From contig CAKVEP010000007.1 in assembly GCA_934729465.1 (NCBI GenBank), forward strand, positions 9,380 to 73,379: a stretch of 64,000 nucleotides of DNA, in the 5' to 3' direction. Under the pieces are notes generated by a model that saw only the letters and a list, made by a program, of their open reading frames with translations, was not told the DNA's origin and ran no database searches. Below, piece after piece: positions 28,257 through 37,841 of the stretch. Origin of the DNA: an uncultured Eubacteriales bacterium. GTDB lineage: Bacteria; Bacillota; Clostridia; Oscillospirales; Acutalibacteraceae. A program made the position numbers and the translations under genes. The stretch's first letter is position 1. Each line of letters starts with the position of its first letter.

Positions 28257-29978
28257 ATGGCAGAATATTTATCACCAGGAGTGTACCTAGAAGAATTTGA
28301 CAGTGGACCAGTTCCTATGGCAGGAGTTGGAACAAGTACAGTAGGATTTGTTGGAGTTGCAGAAAAAGGTCCGGTTATAGGAAGTCCTGTATTAGTAACA
28401 AGTCCATCTGATTTCACAAAGAAGTTTGGAGGATATTTGTCGGCAAGTGAATTCGGAGAATACAGATACTTAGCTTATGCGGTAAACCATTTCTTCATAA
28501 ACGGAGGCTCAAGAGCTTTTGTTATGAGAGTTGCGCCATCAGACGCAGTAACAGCAGCAAGTAAATGTGTTGAAGGAAAAGAAGGCATTATCGACATTAA
28601 AGCTAAGAACCCGGGTGCATGGGGAAACTCAGTAGTTGTAACATTCGCACCTGCAAGTGAGAGTAAATCTCAGGTTCTTGAAGACCTTGGAGAAGGCAAA
28701 TATCGTTTGAAAAATGCTGTGGGATTTAACCCTGGCGATGTTGTATCAACAGACGGTTTAGACAAGCCTGAATACAATGTTGTAAAAGCAGCTAAGGGCA
28801 ACAAGGTTACATTCGAAAAGCCATTTAAGGCGAAGATTGTGGACACAAACGTAGTGCCAAAAATTAAAATAAAAACCTGTGAACTTAAAGTCAAGGTAGA
28901 AAATGACGATGTTTCTGAAGTATATGAATTAGCAACATTAAATGTAAATGTTCCAGAATTTATAGAAAAAGTAATGGCAAAATCAGAGATAGTAGATTTA
29001 ACTGCTAAGCCGTTAACAGAAGCAAAGAATCCGATGGATTTAGTAAGAGAAGTTTTTGGCGGAAAAGACGAAGAAATAGTTGTTCCATTGGTAGGAGGAA
29101 CTAACGGAGCTGCAGCAAGCTTAACAGACGCTGACTTCATCGGTAAGGATGGCGGACCTGGCGAACGTACAGGTATTCAAGCTTTCTTAGACAATTCTGT
29201 TGTAAGTTTGATGGCAGTACCGGGAATAGTTAGCCCGAATGTTGAGTTAGCACTTGTAAATCATTGTGAGAAGCTAGGCAGTAGGTTTGCAGTGTTAGAC
29301 ATGCCTCAGAACTTAAAAACACCGACCGACTTATTACAACACAGAGATATAGTAGACAGTGATTACTGTGCAATGTATCATCCGTGGTTAAAGGTATTTG
29401 ACCCGCTAGACAAGAGAGACATATATATTCCGCCTTCAGGTTCAATACTTGGAATATATGCAAGAAGCGACAATGCAAGAGGAGTTCACAAAGCACCAGC
29501 AAATGAAGTTGTTGCAAATTGTACGGGACTTTCTGTAAACTACAACGTTGGTGAGCAAGATATGCTTAATCCAAAAGGAGTAAACTTAATAAGAAGGTTC
29601 CCTGGAGCAGGAATAAGAGTATGGGGTGCCAGAACGGCAACATCAAGACCTCTATGGAAATACATAAACGTAAGACGTTTGTTTATCTACTTAGAAGAGT
29701 CAATAAAGGCAAACACAAATTGGGTAGTGTTTGAGCCAAACGACCCGGCTCTTTGGGCTAGAGTACAAAGAACGATTGAAATATTCCTTGAAGGAGTATG
29801 GAAATCAGGAGCTCTTGCCGGAGGCGGACCTGGCGATTCATTCTTTGTTGACATTGGAACTAATACTATGTCGCAGGATGATATAAACAATGGTAGATTA
29901 GTATGTGTAATAGGTGTGGCGCCTGTTAAACCGGCAGAGTTTGTAATATTCCGTGTTACTCAGAAAACCGGTGAATAA
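28257..29978 (+). CDS. Contractile tail sheath protein
   Basis: The MAEYLSPGVYLEEFD... N-terminus and C-terminal sheath-domain motifs are present. 573 aa, with an inserted domain. Confidence 0.85.
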   Translation: MAEYLSPGVYLEEFDSGPVPMAGVGTSTVGFVGVAEKGPVIGSPVLVTSPSDFTKKFGGYLSASEFGEYRYLAYAVNHFFINGGSRAFVMRVAPSDAVTAASKCVEGKEGIIDIKAKNPGAWGNSVVVTFAPASESKSQVLEDLGEGKYRLKNAVGFNPGDVVSTDGLDKPEYNVVKAAKGNKVTFEKPFKAKIVDTNVVPKIKIKTCELKVKVENDDVSEVYELATLNVNVPEFIEKVMAKSEIVDLTAKPLTEAKNPMDLVREVFGGKDEEIVVPLVGGTNGAAASLTDADFIGKDGGPGERTGIQAFLDNSVVSLMAVPGIVSPNVELALVNHCEKLGSRFAVLDMPQNLKTPTDLLQHRDIVDSDYCAMYHPWLKVFDPLDKRDIYIPPSGSILGIYARSDNARGVHKAPANEVVANCTGLSVNYNVGEQDMLNPKGVNLIRRFPGAGIRVWGARTATSRPLWKYINVRRLFIYLEESIKANTNWVVFEPNDPALWARVQRTIEIFLEGVWKSGALAGGGPGDSFFVDIGTNTMSQDDINNGRLVCVIGVAPVKPAEFVIFRVTQKTGE

Positions 29979-30009
29979 TCAATAAGGTATATGAAAGGAG
30001 AGATTTATT

Positions 30010-30531
30010 ATGGCGTATAGCCCATTGCCAAATGCAACTGGCGTATTTGACTCAGAGGCTTTAACAGATTTTAAAATGCCTCTTCGTGGACACAGATTTT
30101 TAGCATTATTTGATGGAACAGATGTTATAACTTCATCATGGAAAACGATTACCGGAGGTCTTGAACAAATATCTCAAGACCCATTAGAGTATCGTGAAGG
30201 TGGGTTTACCTATCCGTGGAGCATGTTCTTCCCGAATGGTAAAACAAATCAGGGAAATACTGAGTTGGAATTTGAAAAAGGTATGTTCCTAGGCAACACC
30301 ACTATACCTGACTTCGTTAAAAGCTATTTTGACGGAACAAACACAAGTTACATTCAAACTGTTACCATAGACATATATGATGCTTATGGAAAAGAAGTAG
30401 TGGCAGAATATGTTTGTCATAAATGTTTCCCGACTGGCTATGACAACGGCGGAAGCATTGATGCAACAAGTGCAGACCAATGGATGGAAAAATTAAAAAT
30501 GAAATGCGAATGGATAGAGCGTAAAAAGTAA
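30010..30531 (+). CDS. Tail tube protein (gp19/Hcp-like fold)
   Basis: 173 aa. ...SSWKTITGGLEQISQDPLEYREGG... is the tube-family signature. Lies directly after the sheath gene. Confidence 0.7.
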   Translation: MAYSPLPNATGVFDSEALTDFKMPLRGHRFLALFDGTDVITSSWKTITGGLEQISQDPLEYREGGFTYPWSMFFPNGKTNQGNTELEFEKGMFLGNTTIPDFVKSYFDGTNTSYIQTVTIDIYDAYGKEVVAEYVCHKCFPTGYDNGGSIDATSADQWMEKLKMKCEWIERKK

Positions 30532-30622
30532 AATAGTTTATATTGTTATATCATCCCTGTTTTGTGGGATGATATAACATGTAATATAAAAATAAAATGT
30601 AGGAAAGTAGTGTGATGTTGGA

Positions 30623-30994
30623 ATGTCAGCTTTTGAAACAGAAATAGAATTTGTATTACCTAAGGGATATGTTGATGAGAAAGGTGAAGTTCATAAAAAG
30701 GGGAAAATGCGTTTAGCTAATGCAGCCGACGAAATTATACCTTTGAATGACAGAAGAGTAAAAATGAATCCTGGATACCTTAGCATTCTCTTGTTAGAGA
30801 GAGTAATAACACAACTTGGTACGTTAGAGAAAGTGGATGCTCAAGTAATCGAGAGTTTATTTACGGCAGACATGGCATATTTACAAGACTTATATCAAAA
30901 ATTCAATGCCGTTGAACCTCAGCTTATGGATGTGACATGCCCTAAGTGTAATCACAAATTTAGGATGGACGTCCCTTTTTTCGGGGAAGCCTAA
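30623..30994 (+). CDS. Tail assembly chaperone (gpE/G-like) with C-terminal zinc-ribbon CPKC..H..; source of a -1 frameshift product
   Basis: Position between the tube and tape-measure genes. Ends with T_TTT_TTC eleven nt before the stop. Confidence 0.55.
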   Translation: MSAFETEIEFVLPKGYVDEKGEVHKKGKMRLANAADEIIPLNDRRVKMNPGYLSILLLERVITQLGTLEKVDAQVIESLFTADMAYLQDLYQKFNAVEPQLMDVTCPKCNHKFRMDVPFFGEA

Positions 30995-31191
30995 AAAGTT
31001 ATCCACAAAAAGCTCTTTATGAAGAGATAGCTTTTTTGGCTTATTATTTACATTGGTCTCATGATGAGATTAGAAACCTTAGTCATAAGGAAAGAGCAAA
31101 ATACTGTAAGGAAGTTTCGAAAATAAACAAGAAAATGAATGCAAACGGGGAAGAAAATAAAAATATTTTTGACCTCGACAACTTTGATTAA
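30976..31191 (+). promoter_or_regulatory. -1 PRF slippery heptamer T_TTT_TTC (30976-30982) plus a ~70-codon -1 frame extension to the TAA at 31189-31191 (E' segment)
   Basis: The heptamer is in the correct codon register. The -1 frame is open for 70 codons with no start codon of its own until near its end. Confidence 0.5.
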
Positions 31192-31214
31192 ACAAAAAGG
31201 AAGGAGGATTATAT

Positions 31215-32333
31215 ATGGCTGAAGAGAATAATAAACAAGGTCAGCAATTGGGCATAACTAACTGGGCAGCGAATGCACTTGCGGGGATAACAGGAAAGTC
31301 GATTTTGAAAGATAAGTATGGTAGACCCAGAATGCCGGTTCCACAAATATCGTCTGAGGAATCGCTTCGCTCTGGTGGCGCTGCTAGGTTTAGATTTATA
31401 TTAACGCTAAACAATTTTACCTATGGATTTAAAAATATAACGGGTATGAAAGTGTCTAGGAACCTCAATCCAATTTTACAAGGTGGGGTAAATGACCAAT
31501 CAATTTTTGTTGGTATGCCGGATGCTGCTGATACAGAATTAACGCTTACAAGAGGCTTTCTAATAAGGGAGTGGCCCATTGCTACGACCGCTGCATTGAT
31601 GGCAGCCTCGCAAATACCGAATAATTTATTGAGAAGAACAGCGCTTATGGCGGTTGGATTGACAGACGCTCAATATACTTTAGAGCATGGACCTGCATTT
31701 GGAGATATAAAAGTATATAATCCTCGTACTTTTGAATTGTCAGACTGGTGGACATTCATATCTTATGGAATAATAGATAGAAGTCCTGATGGTTTGGACG
31801 CATCTAGCGGAGAACCTGCTATGGAGAGTATTACCCTTAAGGTGACTGATTTAAAACAAAGGTCTGTAAAGAGAATGCCGACAAATTATAATAGCGTAGT
31901 GAAAATGTTTCAGCTAGATGATTATGAAAACGAGTTCAAGCCTTTAGGAGGGGAGACTCAAAATAAAGGCAGCCACTACACCGGCGAAGAGGAAGGAACC
32001 GGAGGAGCTTTAGGCTTGAAAGATAATACGGGTAGTAATTACACCGGCGAAGAGGAAGAAACCGGAGGAGCTTTAGGCTTGAAAGATAGCACAGGTAGTA
32101 ATTATATAAAAAAGGATAAAGCTAATGTGGAAAGAGAAGCCAAAAAAGAAGCTTTGAAAAAGTCTATGGATAAGAAAAATCTTGGAAGTAGTTATACCAG
32201 TGAAGAGGAACGTAAAGAAAATTTGAAATTAGAAGAAGCTAAAAAGAGAGCTGCTGAAGAAAAGAAAGCTGAGCAAGCTCAAAAACAAAAGGAACAAGAT
32301 GCAATGGATAAATTTATAAGCGAGAATATTTAG
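31215..32333 (+). CDS. Second tube-like protein (tube-initiator/Afp5-gp54-like N-terminal domain) with a long disordered Lys/Glu-rich C-terminal extension
   Basis: ...FRFILTLNNFTYGFKNITGMKVSRNL..QGGVNDQSIFVGMP..ELTLTRGF is the tube-fold signature. Residues ~250-372 are low complexity with tandem repeats. Confidence 0.5.
   Translation: MAEENNKQGQQLGITNWAANALAGITGKSILKDKYGRPRMPVPQISSEESLRSGGAARFRFILTLNNFTYGFKNITGMKVSRNLNPILQGGVNDQSIFVGMPDAADTELTLTRGFLIREWPIATTAALMAASQIPNNLLRRTALMAVGLTDAQYTLEHGPAFGDIKVYNPRTFELSDWWTFISYGIIDRSPDGLDASSGEPAMESITLKVTDLKQRSVKRMPTNYNSVVKMFQLDDYENEFKPLGGETQNKGSHYTGEEEGTGGALGLKDNTGSNYTGEEEETGGALGLKDSTGSNYIKKDKANVEREAKKEALKKSMDKKNLGSSYTSEEERKENLKLEEAKKRAAEEKKAEQAQKQKEQDAMDKFISENI
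31977..32102 (+). repeat. Tandem 63-nt repeat x2 inside the tube-like gene (encodes YTGEEE(G/E)TGGALGLKD(N/S)TGSN)
   Basis: Two near-identical 63-nt units seen directly. Confidence 0.7.
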
Positions 32334-32417
32334 ACATTAATTATAATTTAACTTAATATTTATGTTTAAATGTTATAATAGAGAAAGGGAAATATAGTTG
32401 GGAGTGAGTGTGATAAT

Positions 32418-35387
32418 ATGAAAAATTTAAGAATGACAAAAGGAATAACAGTTAATAGTAGCTACAGAATAGGAGCGCTCACTCGAACTAATACGTTTTA
32501 TAATAACATATCTAAAATTCATGTAAACATAGGTTTACTGCAGTCCGACGACGTAGCAAAATACGATTTCGGAAATGAGCTTATATACAATACTTCAAAT
32601 GGGTCGTTACTTGAGCAAGAGGCACTTAGAAACATAACCGACCTATTACTACAATTACGTGCTGCACAAAGTGACCAAAATGTGTTTGTACAAAACAATA
32701 CGGTTGTAAGGCAGCAGATTTTAGACCAGTTAAAACGTGAAATATTCAATGTTCAAAATAATTTAACCCAAAAAGAAGTTAAACAATTAGAGGTAGTGTC
32801 AAACAACCTCTTTGATGAAGACACACTAAATGATTTAATAAAATCTTTATTAAGCGACACAAAAAAAAAATTAGATTATAGTTGGGACCCAAAAAGCAAT
32901 AATATTGCGTTGAGAGAGCCTGAAACTTCTTTAACCAACACAAAAGCAATAACGTCTTTTAAGCCTATAGACGTTATAAAGAAGTATCAGAATATTCTTT
33001 ATAACACGATAAATAACTTCTCAACAGATAGAGTATTGCGTAAAAACAATATAATCAACAAAACAAGGTATTACGACGCAGAGCAAACAAGAAATGAACT
33101 TGTTATAAGAGAAGTCAAACAACCTGTTGAAGTAACCACGGAAGAATTTATAAGAAAAGAAAATCTAATAGAAAACCTTGAGAAGGTATATAATGAGAAG
33201 CTGTTAAAAAGGGTAGACTTTACCCCATTAGTTACTAAAACGTTTTTAAAAACGCTTGAATCGGGCGGAATAAAGAACTATAAAGAGATAGTTTCTAAGG
33301 TATGGGACAAAGTATATTTAAAGTCGGAAGTTCCGGAAACTACGCTTTTAACCCATCATAAAATAACAGACAAAATTAATTCTGTTGAATTAAAGCAGGA
33401 TTTTATAGATACCTATTTTAATAAAATATTAACTCAAGACATAACAGGTTTAACGCTCTATAAGGATATAACAAGAGCGTATAGAAGTAAGAAATTAAAC
33501 TTAAAAAATGTGTTGATAAACAACAGTAATAAGGATTTTATTGAAACAGATATACTAAAAAGGTATAACTATATAACACGTTCTGTCAATGAAAAGGTCT
33601 ATAAAAATAAGTTGCTAACTGAGGCTAATTTAATTAATAAAACAGTAGACTACGAAATAGAGCAAAACAGGAACGTGGCAAAAACCCGAAATACGTTTTT
33701 ATATGAAACAGAAGTAGAGAAAGTATATAAAAAGAGCGTGTTCAATAAAGACGTAAGGAATGAAAATCGTTTAACTACAGTAAAGTTTGAAAACGAGTTT
33801 ACAAACGTAATAGAAACGGTAGCTAAGAAGACAGCAGAAACGGTAACGCAGAATAAGCTTTTAAACCGCTATGAAAATATGATTGAAACAACAGTTGAAA
33901 GGGTGTTTAAAGATACTGTTGAAAATCGTAGAAGCAGAACTAACAGCAAGGTTATAAATAAGAAAAATGTTAAGAGCTTTAAAGACATAACTGATGTAAC
34001 TTCAAAATTATCTGTTATAAACGAGTTTGAAAAACAATATGAAAAAAGTGCGTTTAATGTAGAAAACCTCAAAGAGAGAGTATTAAACAGGAAGGCATAT
34101 CACACACTTAAAAATACGCTAAATGCCTTAGAAATTACGAATGAAAAACATTTTGATATTGTAAAACACGAAAACGAAATAATAAACAGACATAACAGAT
34201 TAGTGTCTAATATTATAGAGAACGTGGGCATTAACAGAAATATTGACAGAACAAATCTTGTAAATAAGTATGTTAAAAACGATAAAGATATTGAGCAATT
34301 AGTAAATAAAATAATTGAAAATCAACCTGATGAAAACTCAATAAAAAGCTTAATTTCAAAATCTAAAAATGTAACCACGAGTGAAATAAACAGATTAATA
34401 AATGTCAATAATTATAGAGATGTAATAAATCAAATCGATACCAATTTAATAAATAATTACAATGAAAACGAAATTAAAAGAATTATTGAAACAGAAAATC
34501 TGATAAATAGGAACGTTTCAAATAAAGTTGATATTTTAGAGTATTTGCCTCAAATACAAAAAATTCAAGAGAACATATTAAATACTAAAGAAATAAAAAG
34601 GGTAAAAGATAGAACCTACAGCTCAACCTTAGACTATGTGGACAAAATATTATCTAAAAATTTAATAGAGATTAACGAGGAGAAGATAAACGAACACATA
34701 AAAAATTACAGGGATAAAATACAAAGTAATTTAACAATTTTAAACCTTGTTGAAAGTAACGCCAAAGGTAGAGAAGTCTTTAACGACGTTGTTGAAAAAA
34801 GGTATAGAGAAAACCTGTTTGTAGAGCAGCCGAACAAGATTTTAGAAAAAATAGAAAAATTATATAACGTTAATAAGGTTGTAAATCAAAAGAAAGTTAA
34901 TGTGCTTCCTCCAACGATCCTTCAGCATAGAAGAACGAGAGTTAATGAAAATACTATCTATAGAGAAGTAGAAGAAAATCAACTTTCGTATCACACTCAA
35001 GAGGTAGAAGACATAGCAAAAGCAACGCTTATAAACGATAATGAATCTTTAAACCTCAGCAATATCACTGAGATGGTTTATAAGAAAGACCCAGTATATA
35101 ACGAGATTAAAAAGGTGGAACAAAAGCAACAGGAAGCCAAGAAGGAAGACGAAGAAAGGATAGTAAAAAGAATAGAAAGTAAAATAGCGCCGATTTTGCG
35201 TAAGGCTCAAAAAGCAGAACCTCAGGTTTCAAACGTTAAGCAGGAAAAGGGTTTAACGACAAAAGAAGTGGAAAATCTGATACAGTCTTACATAAGCGAC
35301 ATAAATGTTAGTACAATATCAAAAATTGTAATAAACGAAGTCCAGCAAAAGATGAATTTGGACCGCAGAAGAAGAGGGATAATGTAG
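32418..35387 (+). CDS. Tape-measure-like / tail-length protein (989 aa, Asn/Lys/Glu/Ile-rich, predicted all-helical)
   Basis: Located where the TMP is expected (after chaperone and tube-like genes, before the hub). Lacks the Gly/Ala-rich hydrophobic repeats of classical TMPs. Confidence 0.45.
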   Translation: MKNLRMTKGITVNSSYRIGALTRTNTFYNNISKIHVNIGLLQSDDVAKYDFGNELIYNTSNGSLLEQEALRNITDLLLQLRAAQSDQNVFVQNNTVVRQQILDQLKREIFNVQNNLTQKEVKQLEVVSNNLFDEDTLNDLIKSLLSDTKKKLDYSWDPKSNNIALREPETSLTNTKAITSFKPIDVIKKYQNILYNTINNFSTDRVLRKNNIINKTRYYDAEQTRNELVIREVKQPVEVTTEEFIRKENLIENLEKVYNEKLLKRVDFTPLVTKTFLKTLESGGIKNYKEIVSKVWDKVYLKSEVPETTLLTHHKITDKINSVELKQDFIDTYFNKILTQDITGLTLYKDITRAYRSKKLNLKNVLINNSNKDFIETDILKRYNYITRSVNEKVYKNKLLTEANLINKTVDYEIEQNRNVAKTRNTFLYETEVEKVYKKSVFNKDVRNENRLTTVKFENEFTNVIETVAKKTAETVTQNKLLNRYENMIETTVERVFKDTVENRRSRTNSKVINKKNVKSFKDITDVTSKLSVINEFEKQYEKSAFNVENLKERVLNRKAYHTLKNTLNALEITNEKHFDIVKHENEIINRHNRLVSNIIENVGINRNIDRTNLVNKYVKNDKDIEQLVNKIIENQPDENSIKSLISKSKNVTTSEINRLINVNNYRDVINQIDTNLINNYNENEIKRIIETENLINRNVSNKVDILEYLPQIQKIQENILNTKEIKRVKDRTYSSTLDYVDKILSKNLIEINEEKINEHIKNYRDKIQSNLTILNLVESNAKGREVFNDVVEKRYRENLFVEQPNKILEKIEKLYNVNKVVNQKKVNVLPPTILQHRRTRVNENTIYREVEENQLSYHTQEVEDIAKATLINDNESLNLSNITEMVYKKDPVYNEIKKVEQKQQEAKKEDEERIVKRIESKIAPILRKAQKAEPQVSNVKQEKGLTTKEVENLIQSYISDINVSTISKIVINEVQQKMNLDRRRRGIM

Positions 35388-35405
35388 AAACAAATGTTTT
35401 AAAAG

Positions 35406-36632
35406 GTGATGTGTATGGGAATTTTAAATAATTTATTAGATTCAGCGTCTAAAGGAGCCGAAGGGCGACCATTTGCCACAGTAAAATTCGGAGGGGTTGC
35501 TTGGAATTCTAAAAAAGCCGGAATATACATTATTGATGTTAACATGGGGATTAATGGAGATGCATCAACGTGTGTGATAGTGCTAAAGGGAAACCATGCG
35601 GAAGTAAGCAAAAATAAAGTAGAAATAAGCTCCGACTTTGGAAAAATAAAAATCGGAGCAAAAGTAGAGGTGTCACTTGGATATACGGGTAAAGCCCCTT
35701 CGATAAAGACAGACGTTTCACCTGTGTTTAAAGGCTTCGTGTCTGACATGGAGATAGAAATTGATTACGACAAATCGGTTACTGTGACGGTAACTTGTAT
35801 GGACGGAAAAATATGGTTAATGGCAAGTAATGAAACTAAAATTTTTAAAAATATCACAAGCTATTCAAACGCAATAAAAGCTATTTATAGCAGTAATTCT
35901 TCAAAATTTTATGGATTAAAGGTGGGCAAAACTCCAAATTTGAAGACGCCTATATATATGTGCGACGAAAGTTATTATAATTTTTGTGTTAGAGCAGCTA
36001 AGATTACGGGAAAATATTTTTTCGTGTTTTTGGGAGTGCTGTATTTTATAGATTTAAAAGGTGTTGTATCTAAAACTAAAGTCATATCGCCGTCACAAAA
36101 TGTTAGAAAAGTGACATTTAGAGCAAGTCCTTTCGGAATACCAAAATTTGTTGAAGTAAAGAGTATAAACGATAAAGATATAAATAAACCGTTAGAAACG
36201 AAGGTGAGCAAGGTTGAAGGCGGAGTAGGTTCAGGGAAGGATACCTTGGGGATGATTTCGAGTTTAAACAGCACAATTACTGTTTATGATGAAACAGTTA
36301 CGTCTGTAAAAGAAGCTCAAAATCTTGCAAATTCAATTTTAGAGCAGCGGTCGCTTAACCTAGCTCAAACTGAGTTAGAAATCGAAGGAGACCCTAAAAT
36401 AGAATTAGCATCTAAACTTAAACTGTCAGGCTTTGGAATTCCTATAGATAACTCCTATGTGATTACGGGCATACAACATTATTGTAATTTTGACTCAGGG
36501 GAATATACAACAAATATTCATTTGTCGGCTTACAAATATACACCGCAAGGGGGCGGTATAGGAGGAGCGCTTTCAGGAGCAACAGGAGCGCTTTCGGGAG
36601 CGGTAGGAGCACTTTCAAGTCTTTTAAAATAA
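35406..36632 (+). CDS. Baseplate hub protein (P2 gpD / gp27-like late control D family) with Gly/Ala-rich C-terminal tail
   Basis: 408 aa. Position and gpD-like sequence features. C-terminus GGGIGGALSGATGALSGAVGALSSLLK. Confidence 0.55.
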   Translation: MMCMGILNNLLDSASKGAEGRPFATVKFGGVAWNSKKAGIYIIDVNMGINGDASTCVIVLKGNHAEVSKNKVEISSDFGKIKIGAKVEVSLGYTGKAPSIKTDVSPVFKGFVSDMEIEIDYDKSVTVTVTCMDGKIWLMASNETKIFKNITSYSNAIKAIYSSNSSKFYGLKVGKTPNLKTPIYMCDESYYNFCVRAAKITGKYFFVFLGVLYFIDLKGVVSKTKVISPSQNVRKVTFRASPFGIPKFVEVKSINDKDINKPLETKVSKVEGGVGSGKDTLGMISSLNSTITVYDETVTSVKEAQNLANSILEQRSLNLAQTELEIEGDPKIELASKLKLSGFGIPIDNSYVITGIQHYCNFDSGEYTTNIHLSAYKYTPQGGGIGGALSGATGALSGAVGALSSLLK

Positions 36633-36635
36633 GGA

Positions 36636-37403
36636 GTGATTTATTTGTCTTATAATATGTTTTACGATATGGGTATCGGTGGCAATGGAGGTGGAAGAGG
36701 CGGTGGCAGCGGAATGAGAGGGCTAAAGCTTGGAGTTGTTACGAGCCTAAACGACAAATCAAATCTTAATAAAGTTAAAGCTCTTATTCCAGACTTGAAG
36801 CTAGAAACTCCTTATTTACCGGTTATTCAATCTATGGCCTCCAAAAAAAGGGGAAGTGTCATCATTCCCGACGTTGGAGATGTTGTGGTGATAGGCTTTA
36901 TAGGAGGAAAAATTAGTAACGGAATAATCTTGGGGAGTATATATCACAGTCAAAATAAACCGATTACTAAAGTGAATAAAAAAAATTCAATAATGAGAAT
37001 GAGAACAAAAGGCGGAATAGACATTGCTATTGACAACACAAAAGACAAACAAAAAGTTAGTGTTAAAACTCCTAAAGGTTTGAGTATGGTTTTAGATGAT
37101 AAAAAACAAAGCATAACATTGTCAGACAAAACCACAAAAAATTTTATTAAGCTTGAGCCTAAAAAGCAAAATCTTGCAATACAAACAGGTAAAAAAATAT
37201 TTCTGAAAGCCGGCTCCACTTCATTGACTCTGGAAAACGGAAAAGGACTATCTTTCAAATCTAGTCTTGGCGGTGTAAATATGAAGTGTAAAGATTTTAA
37301 AGTAACAGCCAACGCAGCCGTAAAAATTGAGGGAATGGCAAAAGCAGAGTTAAAGTCTAAAGGAGCAGCCATACTAAAGGGTACGATAAACAAAATAGGA
37401 TAA
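36636..37403 (+). CDS. Baseplate spike protein (P2 gpV / gp5 OB-fold family)
   Basis: The ...GLKLGVVTSLND...LKLETPYLPVIQSMASKKRGSVIIPDVGDVVVIGFIGG... segment matches the gpV OB-fold signature, after a Gly-rich N-terminal linker. Confidence 0.65.
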   Translation: MIYLSYNMFYDMGIGGNGGGRGGGSGMRGLKLGVVTSLNDKSNLNKVKALIPDLKLETPYLPVIQSMASKKRGSVIIPDVGDVVVIGFIGGKISNGIILGSIYHSQNKPITKVNKKNSIMRMRTKGGIDIAIDNTKDKQKVSVKTPKGLSMVLDDKKQSITLSDKTTKNFIKLEPKKQNLAIQTGKKIFLKAGSTSLTLENGKGLSFKSSLGGVNMKCKDFKVTANAAVKIEGMAKAELKSKGAAILKGTINKIG

Positions 37404-37422
37404 GTTAAGGAGGAGTGAGTTT

Positions 37423-37809
37423 ATGGCAACGATAAAAGGATGGAAGTTCCCAATTCAGGTTGATAAGGACACAGGGAAAATACAAATGATAGAAGATAAC
37501 GAAAATGTGAAGCAAGATGTTAGGATAATACTTGGAACAGAGCAATACGAACGAAAAATATATGCTAATTTCGGAACAAATACCAGGTCGTTTATGTTTG
37601 AAACGGTTGACCCTGTATTTATGACAAACCTTAAAAGAACGATTGAAGATTCCTTAAAAATTTGGGAAAAACATATATCCGAACTTGATGTTGAAGTAAA
37701 TGCTCCTCCGGGGCCAATATCAAAGGTAGAGGTGAACATAGATTACACAACCGATATTATACCTGTTCAGGAAAGATATACTCATGAGATAAACACAAGC
37801 GGAGATTAA
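37423..37809 (+). CDS. Baseplate wedge protein (gp25 / GPW lysozyme-like family)
   Basis: 128 aa. ...VKQDVRIILGTEQYERKIYANFGT... is the GPW/gp25 core. Confidence 0.75.
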   Translation: MATIKGWKFPIQVDKDTGKIQMIEDNENVKQDVRIILGTEQYERKIYANFGTNTRSFMFETVDPVFMTNLKRTIEDSLKIWEKHISELDVEVNAPPGPISKVEVNIDYTTDIIPVQERYTHEINTSGD

Positions 37810-37841
37810 GTTTAAGAAAAATATTATAAGAAAGGAAGATA

